A stretch of DNA of 63,844 nucleotides, counting the filler, from Octopus bimaculoides (Eukaryota), in the NCBI RefSeq assembly GCF_001194135.2. It is 8 parts of 8 records of this genome, joined end to end, with 100 filler letters (N's around TTAATTAATTAA, not from the genome) between each part and the next. Parts side by side here need not be neighbours in the genome. Positions count along the whole stretch, not along the records: positions 28,803 to 49,973 come from NC_068995.1; positions 50,074 to 56,872 come from NC_069006.1; 6 more parts are not named here. One strand, 5' to 3'. The position numbers were made by a program, and so were the translations under genes. The notes beneath the pieces are model-generated. The model had not been told where the DNA came from, did not search any database, and saw only the letters and a program-made list of their open reading frames with translations. Numbering within the stretch: position 1 is the first letter of the stretch; each line of letters begins with the position of its first letter. This document shows positions 39,783 through 53,599 of this stretch, in pieces.

Positions 39783-39863
39783 ATGGACAAACCAGTACTC
39801 GAGTTCCGGACTGTCCTAATACACCTGTTATCGTAAATTCGGTTAGTCCTCACCAGGTAGATG
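39783..39863 (+). CDS. Candidate internal coding exon (phase 1-1, 81 nt), unknown protein
   Basis: Acceptor ccttacctctattag, donor G|gtaaga; only one open frame, (D)GQTSTRVPDCPNTPVIVNSVSPHQVD. No homology recognised. Confidence 0.4.
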
Positions 39864-40077
39864 GTAAGACACACAGGTAGATGGATAAGTAGATTGCTGC
39901 AGGGGCATGCTTAGATAATATGCACAACGTTCCTTACTATTTTCTCAACCTGATACATAGCGGGTTTCTAATTGCGGTGCAATAATAGTAATCTTTAGAG
40001 TTGGGCGTAAGTCGATTCCAATGGTATGAATTAACTATACCCGATACTATGCACTTTATTTCATTGATCTTGCACAG

Positions 40078-40106
40078 TTGACCTCAGCTGTATTTCAATT
40101 CCTACG
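40078..40106 (+). CDS. Candidate 29-nt exon (phase 1-0), frame-compatible with 39783-39863
   Basis: Acceptor tttatttcattgatcttgcacag, donor ACG|gtacgt; reads (V)DLSCISIPT. Confidence 0.35.
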
Positions 40107-40192
40107 GTACGTAATGTGTCAGAATAATTTACACCAATTATGTCTTTTGGATTCTATCGATTTTACCAGTTCGCCAACATATCACACACACA

Positions 40193-40613
40193 TACTCTTT
40201 TACTTGTTCCAGTCATTTGACTGCGGCCATGCTGGAGCACCACCTTTAGTCGAGCAAATCGACTCCAGCACTTATTCTTTGGATGTCTAGTACTTATTCT
40301 ATCGCTCTCTTTTTGGGAAACGCTAGATTACGGGGACATAAACACACCACCATCGGTTGTCAAGCGACGTCGGAGGGGGGGGGGAGCACAGACACACAAA
40401 CATGCACACACACACATATATATATATGTATATATATATATACATATATACGGCAGGCTTCTTTCAGTTTCCGTCTACCAAATCCACTCTCAATGCTTTT
40501 GTCGGCCCGAGGCTATAGTAGAAGACACTTGCCCAAGGTGCCACGTAGTGGGAATGAACCCGGAACCATATGGTTAGTAAGCAAGATACTTACCACACAG
40601 CCACTCCTGTGCC
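40193..40613 (-). mobile_element. SINE family 1, full-length, CpG-retaining
   Basis: Reverse complement of the 11810-12228 copy, with internal (CA)/(TA) tract. Confidence 0.9.
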
Positions 40614-40729
40614 TATATATATAATATTTGCTTATGAATGCTCTGAAGATTCATCTATTGCAAAATATTGTAAACATTACCCATAAAAGAGGGCAGCTCT
40701 CAGGGTAGGCAAAAATGCTTACTAGAATT

Positions 40730-40890
40730 TCATCCGCGCTTACGCTCAGAGATAGATTTCCACCGAGGTCGGCTTTGCATTTCATCCCTTTAGGGTCGAT
40801 AAAATAAGTTGCATTCGAGTACTAGGGTCAATATAATCGACTTACTCCCTCTCCAGAATATGCTGGTCTTACGCCAAAAAATCCGAAACC
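40730..40890 (+). mobile_element. CORE-SINE-like family 3
   Basis: ttccaccgaggtcggctttgcatttcatccctttagggtcgataaaataag matches 57560 and 60630. Confidence 0.75.
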
Positions 40891-42465
40891 TATATTACGA
40901 ATGCCAATCAGACGGTAAACTATTGGCGATATGGCACTTACCAAAATACTTCAAATATTTTATATGCATCAATATACGTCTTTCATCTACTTAGTAAATT
41001 ATATTTCATAGCGCACGCTCACACCTACGCTTAATTTCTGTATTTCAATTAAATAAAGTACCTACTCTTAATTTAGCGTGTAAATGACATAGCCTTGCAC
41101 CGTTACGTGCAGCCATAATATGACTTTCAGATTGAATCAGTGTGACATAGTCTGTGACAAGATTAACCTCTTTGAGTTACATGTACAGTCCATCTGATGG
41201 ATAGCTGTATAATTTCCGCCTAATCAGGTGACCTCACGAAGTATTGGTGGGACCCAGAACCTGCAAAACTGCATTTTTTTCCTCTTATGTATATATATAT
41301 ATGTGTCTCTGTGTGTGTATTTGCATGTGTGCTTTTTGGGGATAACGGTAATTAGAAACTATCTTGTGTTTTCGGGTATTTGTTATTGAGCCTGTACGTA
41401 GTTCACAATATTACAAGCATTTTACAGAAGGGTATATTATACGCTTCGTTTCTGTAGTCGGTTTGCAATATTTTGGATATGAATTCGTGTGTTGAAACAT
41501 ACCTTGTTATTTCTTCGTAGGGTCATTATGCATAACAACATCATACGTTTTAGTTTGAGCCTTCTTACAGCCGAATTAATGTATTTCGTTAACAAAGAAG
41601 AACTGTTGGGTGCTTATTAAGATATTTTTAAACAGCACAACACAGTATTCTGCAGCATCTTCCAAGCTTAGACAGATTAGTTTATTTCGGTTTGTATTTT
41701 GGTATACAAGATTCTTGATGTGTACTCGTGTACTGAAACAAATCTCGTGTCTTGGTTTCTCCGTGTGTGTGTGTGTGTGTGTGTGTGTTGCGTGGTGGCA
41801 ATTATAACATCACACTCAAGAAGTGATATTCAACCAGTGCGTGTGGTTTATTATCAGTAACGTAATGATTCTGCCAAGACACACTATATATATTACATAT
41901 GAATATATACTACCTCAAAACACTGAATGTATAAACGGCATAAAAATTAACTGCTTTCTTAATCTGTAATATAGGCATTCATTTAGCAGAAGCTCTTTAT
42001 TTACAATTCGTTTTGATGCCTACAGTACCAATATATAAAACCATGAAATATCATCTCTTTTGGTGGTGATCAGGTGTTCAGACGTTCATATAAAAGAGTA
42101 CCCCCATTATGTTAGTTTAAATTACAGAAGCGTTATATCGCAATGGTGGACTTATTTCTTTAATATTATATTAGCCAATGACAAGCCAAACCAGTTTCTG
42201 TACGTGTATATGCATTCAATTGTGCAAGTGTGTATATGCATGTTTTTGATATGTATGCGTATGTGCACATTTTTTTATAGTTTGGTGTGCATATATGAAG
42301 ATATATGCACACAAATATGTGTATATAAATATCTATATTTATGTATGCATCTACCTATTTATCTATCTATCTTCTCTTTTTTTTTTGCCTGCCTATCTTT
42401 CTGCGACATTCTCTGTGCGTATGTAAGTGCGTAGGCGCATACAAATACACATAATATATATAAAA

Positions 42466-42522
<57 letters not shown>

Positions 42523-43541
42523 GTGTGTGTTGATCTAAAGAAATATATATGAATATGTGTGGGTATTCGTGTATTGGTTGTCGTAGAAATACCATTATTA
42601 GTAACTTTCCACTTTTACATAGTATGTATTCTGTGACTACATCTATATTAACAGATATGGCGTATCCTTGTGCATACGACGTTGGAGCCATTTACAGGGT
42701 TTTTTCTGACACCACACAACCCCACTTCCAGAGAGACTTATTAAAATGACATTTATAATAACTACGGTAATATGATCATGCGCAGTAATAACAAGCAGTA
42801 TAATGTTTCGTATCGTTTTGTGTAAATTAAATATAGTTTTCGAAGAAAATAATAACAATAATATTAATAATAAGATAATATAGAATTAAAAAAATAACAA
42901 ACTTCAAAATTTGAAAACCGTAAATTAAAGAAGAGGAATAAAATTTTGTAAAGATTAAAAAGAGAATTATATAACAAAGTTTTCTTTCGCTACAGCAACA
43001 GCAAAAAAAAACAAAAAAAAACAAGTATACGAAAACGAATACAACAGAACTGCCAGGAATAACTACAACTTTCTCATCTCAAATGATTACAGTAAACGGA
43101 GAAAAATTAAAAATGAATTTTAGAAAATTTGTTTTATAGGGGAGTCAACTTTGACATTTTGTAATTCAGCGGGAAATAATAGGGTGAGACTGTAAAATGA
43201 CAAAATATGAGATTTGCAATGAAGAGAAATTTAATTAGAGCTGTTTATTATTTTGCCTGCAATAAAAGACGATCGTGGTGGATGCTGAGAGATATAAGAG
43301 ACATTGATAATATAATATGATTGCTGTGATAATATTTAGTCAAATCAATCAGCCTATCTGAAAACTAACTTTGTCGATAGTCTGTGAAAATAAAATAAAA
43401 CACCCTTTAAAGAAATTCGGTAGGAGAGAACAGGAAGTAATAAAACGATATATGTGCGCTCCTATGTCTTTTAGCCTGTTTGTCTCTAACTCTGCGTGTA
43501 TGTGTGTGTATGCGTCTGCGCACGCGTGGATATATATATAT

Positions 43542-43584
<43 letters not shown>

Positions 43585-44218
43585 CGGTTCAAAAATGTGC
43601 AATTAGAAGACAGAAGCAGGTGAGGGAATAAAAAAGAAGTCGTATTAGTTTAACGTTCAAAATAAATGGGAGAGTCTCTGATGTTTCGAGCTTATGCTCT
43701 GGTACAGAAAATAATAAGGAAAGAGCACAATGGTACAGAAAGAAAACAATGTACAGAGAAAGAGAGGGATGCAGGGGGAGAGAATGGTTTGGGGATAAAT
43801 ATAGAAATTGGAACTGAAGTCTTAAGTATCTAAATTATTTATTATAAAATATTAGTTGGCCAAATAAAGAGTAACATACATAGTCTAATGTTAACATGTG
43901 CCGATTAAGTATATATGTATGTGGCCTAGTGATTAGAAACATGCGGGCACAAACACTGGATAAAGTGTTCGATTCTCGGATCGGCAAGAACATATTTTTC
44001 TTGAGCAAAACAATTCCTTTTCACGTTCCTCTGCGATCATTTCACCATCTGACACGTGACATATTTGTGCACCTTTAGAGGTATTTCTGATGGGAGGCAA
44101 GAAGAAGCAAACTAATACATTTGATTATATTAGAAGTACGTGTTTCACATTAGATTGTGTCTGATGCATAAATTAGTGCTCCTTTGACGTAACTCCCCTC
44201 ACACTCACGTATATAACA

Positions 44219-44270
<52 letters not shown>

Positions 44271-44297
44271 CAATGTAATATACATGTATATATAGTG

Positions 44298-44331
<34 letters not shown>

Positions 44332-44987
44332 TAAAATATATATGAATGTTATATTGGTAGACAGATAATGATAGACAGATATAACTATTTCGGGCAAACA
44401 CATCCGCACGCACGCGCTCACACACACACACATATATAGATAGATATAGATATATATGTATATACAAGTGCATGCATTTGTCTATATTATATGTGTATAT
44501 TCTCTATGTTTAAATCGAATTAACTTTAATCATTCATCACCGGTGAGAAAAGTTTCCAATGAAATAATGAGATAATAAGGCTGTGCTACTGAATATTAAC
44601 TTCCCGTTCTCTTTTCTGACATTATTATATGTACAAGAATACAAGAACACAATTCGCTCATTGACGATAAACCAATACTAAGCAGCGAACTAACATATCA
44701 CAGAAACTAGTTTCTAATCTAATGAAATATCTGATATCATTTGCAGACACTAAAGACACCAAGTTATCGATTTCAATGAAGTTTGCATTTCTATACAATC
44801 CCGCAGAATTATTCCACCTGATAGTTTATTTATGTTTCTTATATGCTTCTTCGTTAATCTTATTTTTATTTTTTCATATTCCTTGCACTTCTGCATCTTA
44901 GACATGCGTTATTTTCGTTTTAATTCCGTTTTTTTTTTGTTTTTTCCCCACTTGTATTGAGCGAATCAAAAGCTGCGATTCATATTT

Positions 44988-45368
44988 CATTTACTTCCGT
45001 CATTACACTGCAGTCATGCTGGGGCATTTCACTCTAACGAATCGACCCGAGTACGAACTTTGTTTTAAAGCCTGCCATTTATTCTATAAATCTCTTTTGT
45101 TGAACCTTTAAGTTACGGGGACGTCATAAACACTTCTGCTGAATCGCTGGTGGAATACAAACACAGATAGAAAGCCGCACGCACACACACACACACACGT
45201 ACGTATGCCAACGGCTTCTTTCAGTTTCCGTCTATTAAATTGACTCAAACGGATTTGGATGGCCCGTGGTTATAGCAGAAGACACATGCCGAAGATGCCA
45301 CGCAGCAGGATTATACCCAGAACGTTGGGCTTGGAAAACAAAACTCATCCCCAACAGTCACCCCAGCA
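44988..45368 (-). mobile_element. SINE family 1, older diverged copy
   Basis: Tail and head both recognisable (ggcttctttcagtttccgtcta; agaagacacatgccgaagatgccacgcag). Confidence 0.75.
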
Positions 45369-45568
45369 CCTGTAACTTTCTACATGACCGCCATGTTTGT
45401 TTAAAAGTCCGAGGACCAAATGGCTTTATTTGCTCGCAAACATTGTAGTCATTGACGCCCGTCATTATAAGGATTTTTAAGGTGGTGTGTTGGTAGAATC
45501 GGAAATCATATTTCACTCTATTTGTTACAGTTAGTTACAAATACATACATAAATACACACACACACAC

Positions 45569-45616
<48 letters not shown>

Positions 45617-45788
45617 NNNNNNNNNNTACCAAATCCACTCACAAAATTTTGGTCGGCCCTAGGCTACGCAGGTGGACTGAACCTAGAACCACGTGGTGGG
45701 AAGCAAGTTTTTTACCATACATACATACATATGTATAATACTTCTTATCAACATACCTGTATAAAAATACAGGATGAGAGAAAGACAG

Positions 45789-45844
<56 letters not shown>

Positions 45845-46289
45845 AAGAAAGAGAGAGAAAGAGAGAGAGAGAGAAAGAAAGAGAGAGAAAGTGAGAGCGA
45901 AAAGGAAATAGCACCACAGGATGCACAGAAAGTGAATTAAAGAGTCTGACACACACACTTTGATAAAATATTTGACTGAATATTTAAATATATGTATATA
46001 TCTACGTATATATCTACGTACAAAATCAAATTGTATCATTGTATGAAGTTAATTTTGCATGTTATATGTAGGTAAATCTATCATTTATTAATGCGTAATC
46101 TCATTTTGTATAAGGGCATCAGACATAGCACGTGAGTGAATCTGTGCACACACCTGTAGTTCTGTAGATATGTGTCTTTCAGTGTATATCTGTACATCAA
46201 AATTCATATATATGTGCTAACGTGTGTATATATGGAGAAATGTATATATGTACGAGATGATGCCTCCTCATGTATTTCTTCACTTATAT

Positions 46290-46369
46290 ATATATATATA
46301 TATACATATATATACATACATACATACATATATACATACATACATATATATATACATACATACATATAT

Positions 46370-46420
<51 letters not shown>

Positions 46421-46752
46421 CNNNNNNNNNNATATATATATACATTCATATATATATATACATACATATATATATATACATACATATATATATATACATA
46501 CATATATATATACATACATATATATATATACATATATATATATACATACATACATATATATATATATACATACATATATATATATGTGTGTGTGTGTGTG
46601 ACCGTGTGTTTACATATTTAATATGTAAGCAATGTGATTGTGTTTCGTGTTGTCGCCGAAGTCTTTTCTATAATTTAGTGTTTGTTTTGTTACGTTTCCT
46701 CTTCATTATATTGTAATGTATAACATGAAGCTAAATACCAAATGCGTTAGAA

Positions 46753-46792
<40 letters not shown>

Positions 46793-47050
46793 GCATACAT
46801 ATATATACATATACACATATACATACATATATATACATGTACACATATACATATATATATATATACACATATATATATACATATATAGATAAATATGTAC
46901 ATATATACATATATATATATATATACACATATATATACATATATAGATATATATGTACATATATACATATATATACATATATATACATATATACACATAT
47001 ACATATATATAGAGAGAGACAGAAACAGAGAAAAAGAGAGAGGGAGATAA

Positions 47051-47093
<43 letters not shown>

Positions 47094-47110
47094 TGTACAT
47101 ATATATATAT
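46290..47110. repeat. (TA)n/(TACA)n/(GATA)n compound microsatellite block
   Basis: Directly visible; source of the YI/HT-repeat ORFs. Confidence 0.95.
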
Positions 47111-47226
47111 ATATATGTATAGTGTGTGTGTGAGTATGTTTTATAAGTGCGTATGTTTATGTGTGACAGTAGATATTCATGTGCATATGTAAAATTATTA
47201 TTCCTATACAAAGGCATTTATATGCA

Positions 47227-47261
<35 letters not shown>

Positions 47262-48297
47262 GCTTTTGCGTGATGTGTGTGTGTGTGTGTGTGTATGTGT
47301 GTGTGTGTGTGTTTGCGATTGTATGTGCCTTGCTGTAAGCTGTGGTGCGACTGTTTGTATAAGATAAACACAAAAAGGAAAGATAACGGCTCAAAAATTT
47401 TTGACATGACAATGTAGCATAATATATTCAACAAAGATAAACTATAAGCGACATGGGAATAGCCGTAAAGCAGATAACGTGAACGAAATCAAACATAAAA
47501 TACAGAGGAAAATGTTGCAAAGTTCCGTATGTGATAAAAGGGTATGAAAATGTGTTACTATATAGTATATTACATGTATATAAAGATATATATGGAGATA
47601 TTTGAATATATAACAATATAGATGTCTTTACAGATATAGTTTTATTTCCTCTTCTTCATTTGTCATATCTTTCCCGTTATGTTTTATCTGTATTGCTGTT
47701 GGAAAATTGTGGATGCAAGTCAGTATTGTTTTATGCGCTTATGTAATGTCATAAACATAAATACACACAAAAAAGTATGTGTGTTTCGGTTGTATATTTG
47801 TACGTCAAAATACATATATATATATGTGTGCTAACGTGTGTACATATGGAGAAATGAATATATGTACAAGACGAGGTGTCCTCTTGTATTTTCCCACTTA
47901 TAAACTAAGGTAATGGAACAAAAGAGAACTGCATTTATGTAGAAGAGCAAATTTATTACATCCAATAAATTTCAGGTCATTTCACATCGCATTGCTTCTA
48001 ATAGTCTGTCATATTTGGGAGAAATCTTGTCACATATCTTGCCCTACCATAAGATTCCTATATTTACACTCACGGAAGCATACATACACATTTTAATGCT
48101 TGTTTTATGTATATATATATATAACACATAATTGTTTTATTTTTATGTTTGTAACGTCACAATATAAGAAAAATTAACATTAAAATTGAAGATACTAATT
48201 TTTGTAGAGCGAATGTACTTTATACATTTAGAAGATGAGCGATAGTGAGTTCGAAGTTTCAGTTACCTAGCACTCGCAAGACTTATATACATATATA

Positions 48298-48424
48298 CAG
48301 GGTGTCCACAAAGTCTGGATACATGGAGTAAATAAAATCATAGCATAAACAATTAAATATAAGAAATATTAATTTCTTAAAGTATGTGTTAATCCCGATG
48401 TACCCAGACTTTGTGGACACCCTG
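48298..48424. mobile_element. 127-bp Tc1/mariner-type MITE
   Basis: 27-bp TIRs CAGGGTGTCCACAAAGTCTGGATACAT / ATGTACCCAGACTTTGTGGACACCCTG (1 mismatch), flanked by TA on both sides. Confidence 0.92.
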
Positions 48425-48478
48425 TATATACACACATACACACACAACTATGTATGTTTATATGTTTATTTATTCATT

Positions 48479-48624
<146 letters not shown>

Positions 48625-48747
48625 AAGTGAAAAAGGTGTAAGTCCCAGAGGAATTTTAAAATCCACAAGATCTTTCGAAGTTTACAGAGAACCACAATAT
48701 AATCCAACACCGCAACAAGAAGCACTAAGAAAACCATCTCTTTCCAG

Positions 48748-48785
48748 CTCGCTGCCAATCAGAAACTTTGGAGACAAAGCCGGTG
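48748..48785 (+). CDS. Candidate 38-nt exon
   Basis: Acceptor ccatctctttccag, donor GTG|gtaagt; all three frames are open, so the frame is undetermined. Confidence 0.3.
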
Positions 48786-49926
48786 GTAAGTGTGAAATAA
48801 AAACCAGTCTGGCTAAAGACGATGCTACAGCATGACCGCAACCTTTGGCTAATACCAACAAAATCACAAGCAATACCGAATCAAGACCAATCTTTGCATA
48901 CTAAATTCTAAGAAAGTATATTATACTTTCTTTGCTAGTATTTCAGTATAATTGGCTACTAGATTAATATGGAAATATCTTGGATTGTTTCTGCCTATTA
49001 CTCAAAAGTCCAGACATACAACGCCGATTCCTTCTGAGAATAATCTTACGTGTAGGTATATATTTAGGCTGCTCAGTGAAAGCACCCATTAATTTCACGT
49101 CTTGGTAGTTCAGCCGATATGTGTATTAAAGGTGACTAGTATAGATGTTTGTTTTTCATCCTTCAGGCCCTGCGTTCATGCTTAATTTGTAGAGTCTGAG
49201 GAAAATTCCATTTCGAGTAGCCACGACTAGACCTTTACATTTGGAGTAAAATTAGACGCAGCTATACTGTACAGAACGTCGGTGGTTAGATTGCACTGGG
49301 AGTTCGACTGGAGAAGTGCGTTAAATATACACGTGGACTATAGACTGTTATGCTAGTTATACGTGAATTAAAGAGCAGGCAATTCAATAGATGGAAAAAC
49401 TAAGTCCTCCTCCCCTAACGACGTAGGTCCTACAAATCTACTATTCGAGTGAAAGGAGATACGGAATACTCATGGTTAAAACAACGTAGAATCCAGTATT
49501 CATATCGCCGAATATTAAAACGTGAAAGACTATTGTCGCAAACGTATGACCTAGTCACTGATGTCGGTGACCATAAGAGTAGAGATATATATAAAGAAAG
49601 TGTTTGGCAAGTTATAGACTATATTAAGATAATATAGATTATGGTAAGATAAATCAAAAATGAATATAGCGCTATATGTCTGATTTAAATGACTCGCTGT
49701 TACATCCTATTCAAGATGAATTTATTTGACATGTATGCTCAAATCAGATTTATGTATCTGTGTCCCTATGTTCGTGTATCTTTTTTTATTTGCTTGTCCT
49801 TGCATATATATATATGTATATGCGTGTGTTTGTGTATACCCCCCCCCATCTATAACATATATGCTACATAATTGGATGTATATATGTATGTGTATATCTA
49901 TCTATTTATCTCTTTCTCTCTCTCTC

Positions 49927-49973
<47 letters not shown>

Positions 49974-50073
49974 NNNNNNNNNNNNNNNNNNNNNNNNNNN
50001 NNNNNNNNNNNNNNNNNTTAATTAATTAANNNNNNNNNNNNNNNNNNNNNNNNNNNNNNNNNNNNNNNNNNNN
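49974..50073. other. Artificial 100-bp scaffold spacer
   Basis: 44N-TTAATTAATTAA-44N. Confidence 0.95.
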
Positions 50074-50654
50074 TATATATATATATATATTAGCTATCGT
50101 ACTTAGCAACATAAACAAACATACATACGTTATACATGCATACACATAAACTATGTACACACACACATACACATAAGCATAGTACACGCACATACCACAC
50201 CACACCACACACAAACCTACTACACACGTATACACACACACACAAACATACCGCACATAGACACACACACACACAGACGTACTACACACACTTACACACC
50301 AATGTCGCACACGCATGCTACATCATACACAAACATGCCACACAAACATACCACACACACTCACACACACACACACACGTACAAATATAACCCTTCACAT
50401 ATGCACTCAATACACAAGACAAAAATATAAGGAATTATATCCACATTTCTTAAGAATATTCCCAAAATAATTCTCAAAGAAACTAAAATAATTCACACAC
50501 TAAGTACCCCAGGCCACATTGAAAACCGAAAGAGGTGTCGGGAGAAGGGTGAGAATTCAATGATGGACGCTCAACATCCTAGAAATGGCAACCAAATTCC
50601 TTCAAATCATCCTTTACGATCTTCGGAAGAGATACATTAAATACTGTCGTCCTG

Positions 50655-50978
50655 GGTTTTACTTGTTTCAGTCATCATTTGACTGCGGCCATGTTGGAGC
50701 ACCGCCTTTTAATCAAACAAATCGACCCGAGGACCTATTCTTTGTAAGCCAAGTACTTATTCTGTCAGTCTCTTTTGCCTAATCAAGTGATGGTAGTGGG
50801 GGATAAACATAGACACACATACACGTGGCTGTGTGGTAAGTAGCTTGCTTACCAACCACATGGTTCCAGGTTCAGTCCCACTGCGTGGCATCTTGGACAA
50901 GTGTCTTCTACTATAGCCTCGGGTCGACCAAAGCCTTGTGAGTGGATTTGGTACACAGAAACTGAAAGAAGCCCATCG
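50655..50978. mobile_element. SINE family 1 pieces: inverted tail (50655-50810) plus forward head (50826-50978)
   Basis: Both halves match family 1 but lie in opposite orientations; the head runs into (TA)n and a gap. Confidence 0.8.
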
Positions 50979-52399
50979 TATATATGTATATATATATATA
51001 TATATATATNNNNNNNNNNNNNNNNNNNNNNNNNNNNNNNNNNNNNNNNNNNNNNNNNNNNNNNNNNNNNNNNNNNNNNNNNNNNNNNNNNNNNNNNNNN
51101 NNNNNNNNNNNNNNNNNNNNNNNNNNNNNNNNNNNNNNNNNNNNNNNNNNNNNNNNNNNNNNNNNNNNNNNNNNNNNNNNNNNNNNNNNNNNNNNNNNNN
51201 NNNNNNNNNNNNNNNNNNNNNNNNNNNNNNNNNNNNNNNNNNNNNNNNNNNNNNNNNNNNNNNNNNNNNNNNNNNNNNNNNNNNNNNNNNNNNNNNNNNN
51301 NNNNNNNNNNNNNNNNNNNNNNNNNNNNNATTTAATGTGCTAGAAATAGATCACATCTTGTGTCTAAAAAGACCTAAATTGTTCTCAACATGAAATATAG
51401 CGTGATACCAAAACGTAAGCGGGCAAAACATTTAAAATCACCGAAAAGGAACATTATTAAACAGGTACCAGTTTCAAATTCAACAATCTTACTGACTGTC
51501 TATTTCTCTTCAGCCTGATTTGTAATGGAACCATAATCATCAGAACCCCATACAAAGTTGCCCACCGCCATAGGTGCGCGTGTATAAAGCAAAATTTGTT
51601 GTTGGAAATGTACCTGAATTTGAAAAAACTTGTCATTGTTTTTAAATAAATTTATTTACATACATAGCAAACTAGTTTCAACAATATTTTTTGTTTATGA
51701 ATTGTAAAAATTTAAAATAGCAAAGTAGAAAAACATGTTTAAAAGGTTCAGTGTTAACAAGATTCAATAATACGAAATACGATTTAAATGTTCACAATAT
51801 TCAATAATATAAAAAAATGTGTGCCATCTTGTTTAAATGCCTAAACTTCAATAGTGTTAGAAGTGATCAATAAAAAATATGGATCACCAAAGGTTCAGTC
51901 ATACTGAGTTAGGAGGGAGAAAACAAGGCAGAATTGAAGTAAAAATAGGGTTTTGTTACAGTGTCTGTAACTCTTTTTCCATCATGTGAAGGGATTTTTG
52001 CTTGTAATGGCGTTTTTTAGAACCTAGTGTATTTGTGATACTTTTCCATGACGGACCTGATTTTTGATTTGTTAAAGTATTGATGACGTCTTATTTTTCT
52101 AGTGATTAAGTTTGTCATTCTGCCTGGTTGATTTCCCAGTGGGGAACAGTCATCAGTCATTCCAGTTGGTTGATTCTCTTAAAGTGTCATTTTGTTGAAT
52201 TTACTGAAGTTCGGTTTTGATCGGAGGTAAAATTTCATTCATCTAGAGTTAGGAGATGTCAGCAACTGGTGTTATTGTATGACGATTTGTAGTTGTAGCT
52301 TTGAAACCCATGTGGAAGACTGTTACAAAAGTTTTTGAATTATGTCTGTTGTATCTGGTTGTTTTTTTTTTTGTGGAGAAATTGGGTCTTTTTTCCTTT

Positions 52400-53490
52400 T
52401 TCTTTTTAGTGTTTTTTCTTCTTTCTGAAGAATATTCAGCTGTGATTTATGTTTTGATGAGCATGCTTTCCTTATTCAAACGGAATTGGGTTGAAGTGTT
52501 TCTGGTGCATTAATAAAGAGGGAAGATTTGGTATTTCGGGTTTATGTTTGTGGGACATTGGTCTAGGTGTTTGCTTACAGGAATTTTTCTGTTCGTGGGG
52601 TCCTGGATTTGTTGCCTGTATACTGTCAGTCTGTCCCTCAAGGTCAAACTAGTTTGACCTTTGTAGTCTCCACCACAGACTCCACACCCTCCACATTTGA
52701 GAACATAGATTAAGTTCTTCGATGCACAGGTGAAGTAATTTTTTATGGTAAAAGTTTGACCCGACTTAAATGTGTATGTTGAACCCTCGACAAGGAAGGC
52801 ACAAGTCCCACAGTTAGGGTGATTGCACTTTTTGACGAGTGGGGTTGTATTTTTGGTGGATAATTTGGCACTGGTGAGTAACTTTTTTAGGGATTGCAGT
52901 TGTCTCTTGCTATTAATAATCCTATGTGTTTCCAGTGTCTTTTTCATTTGTGGTCATTCATAAAGAGGGGTATCTTTTGGTGGATGATGTTGTATGCTTC
53001 CATGATCCCCGGATTGTGTGTTGATACGTAAGATAAAGTTTTAGGTGTGTCATAAGGTATTCATGTTTTCCGTAACTCTTGGATGTCTGGCATTTTCGCA
53101 CATTCTATTCCATTTTTGATTAGACTGACCAGGTATTTTCTCCCTAGTAATGTATTTTTAAGATCTTGGCGTCGCTTTTCTTGGGTTTCGGGATTTGATG
53201 CAATCATGCAAATTCTTCTCGCTAAGTTGAATGGTATATTTATTTTAGTATGTTTTGGGTGGCAAGAGGAGAATAGAAGATATTGTTTTGAGTCTGTTGA
53301 TTTGAAGAAGATGTCGGTTTCAATCTCAGTGTCTCTCTTCATCATTAAGATGTCCAGGAAGGTTAGCTGTTTGTGGCTGTATTCCATTGTGAACTGGAGA
53401 CTGTGGTTAATGCTGTTGATTAAGTTTTTTAATTCTGAGTGTTGCTCAAGGTTATGTGGCCACAGAAAGAAATGGTCATATACATTGGCA
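52400..53490 (-). mobile_element. Penelope-like element (RT C-terminus + GIY-YIG endonuclease), 5'-truncated
   Basis: FTMEYSHKQLTFLDILM..TDIFFKSTDSKQYLLFSSCHPKHTKINIPFNLARRI; linker CNHPNCGTC; FTCASKNLIYVLKC..YKGQT..LRDRL..YRQQI. Confidence 0.93.
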
Positions 53491-53599
53491 GATGACGATA
53501 ACCACTGGAGGATGAGACTTCAGTCTAATGTTCACTGGAAGGCTCTTGCCCCTGGCTATTGGAAGCCATTGAGTGATTGATGGGCATCAAAAGCGCTCA

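Noticed and set aside
52110-52180. CTGATGA on the minus strand downstream of the Penelope ORF
   Set aside because: No convincing helix II or cleavage triplet; looks like a short direct duplication.
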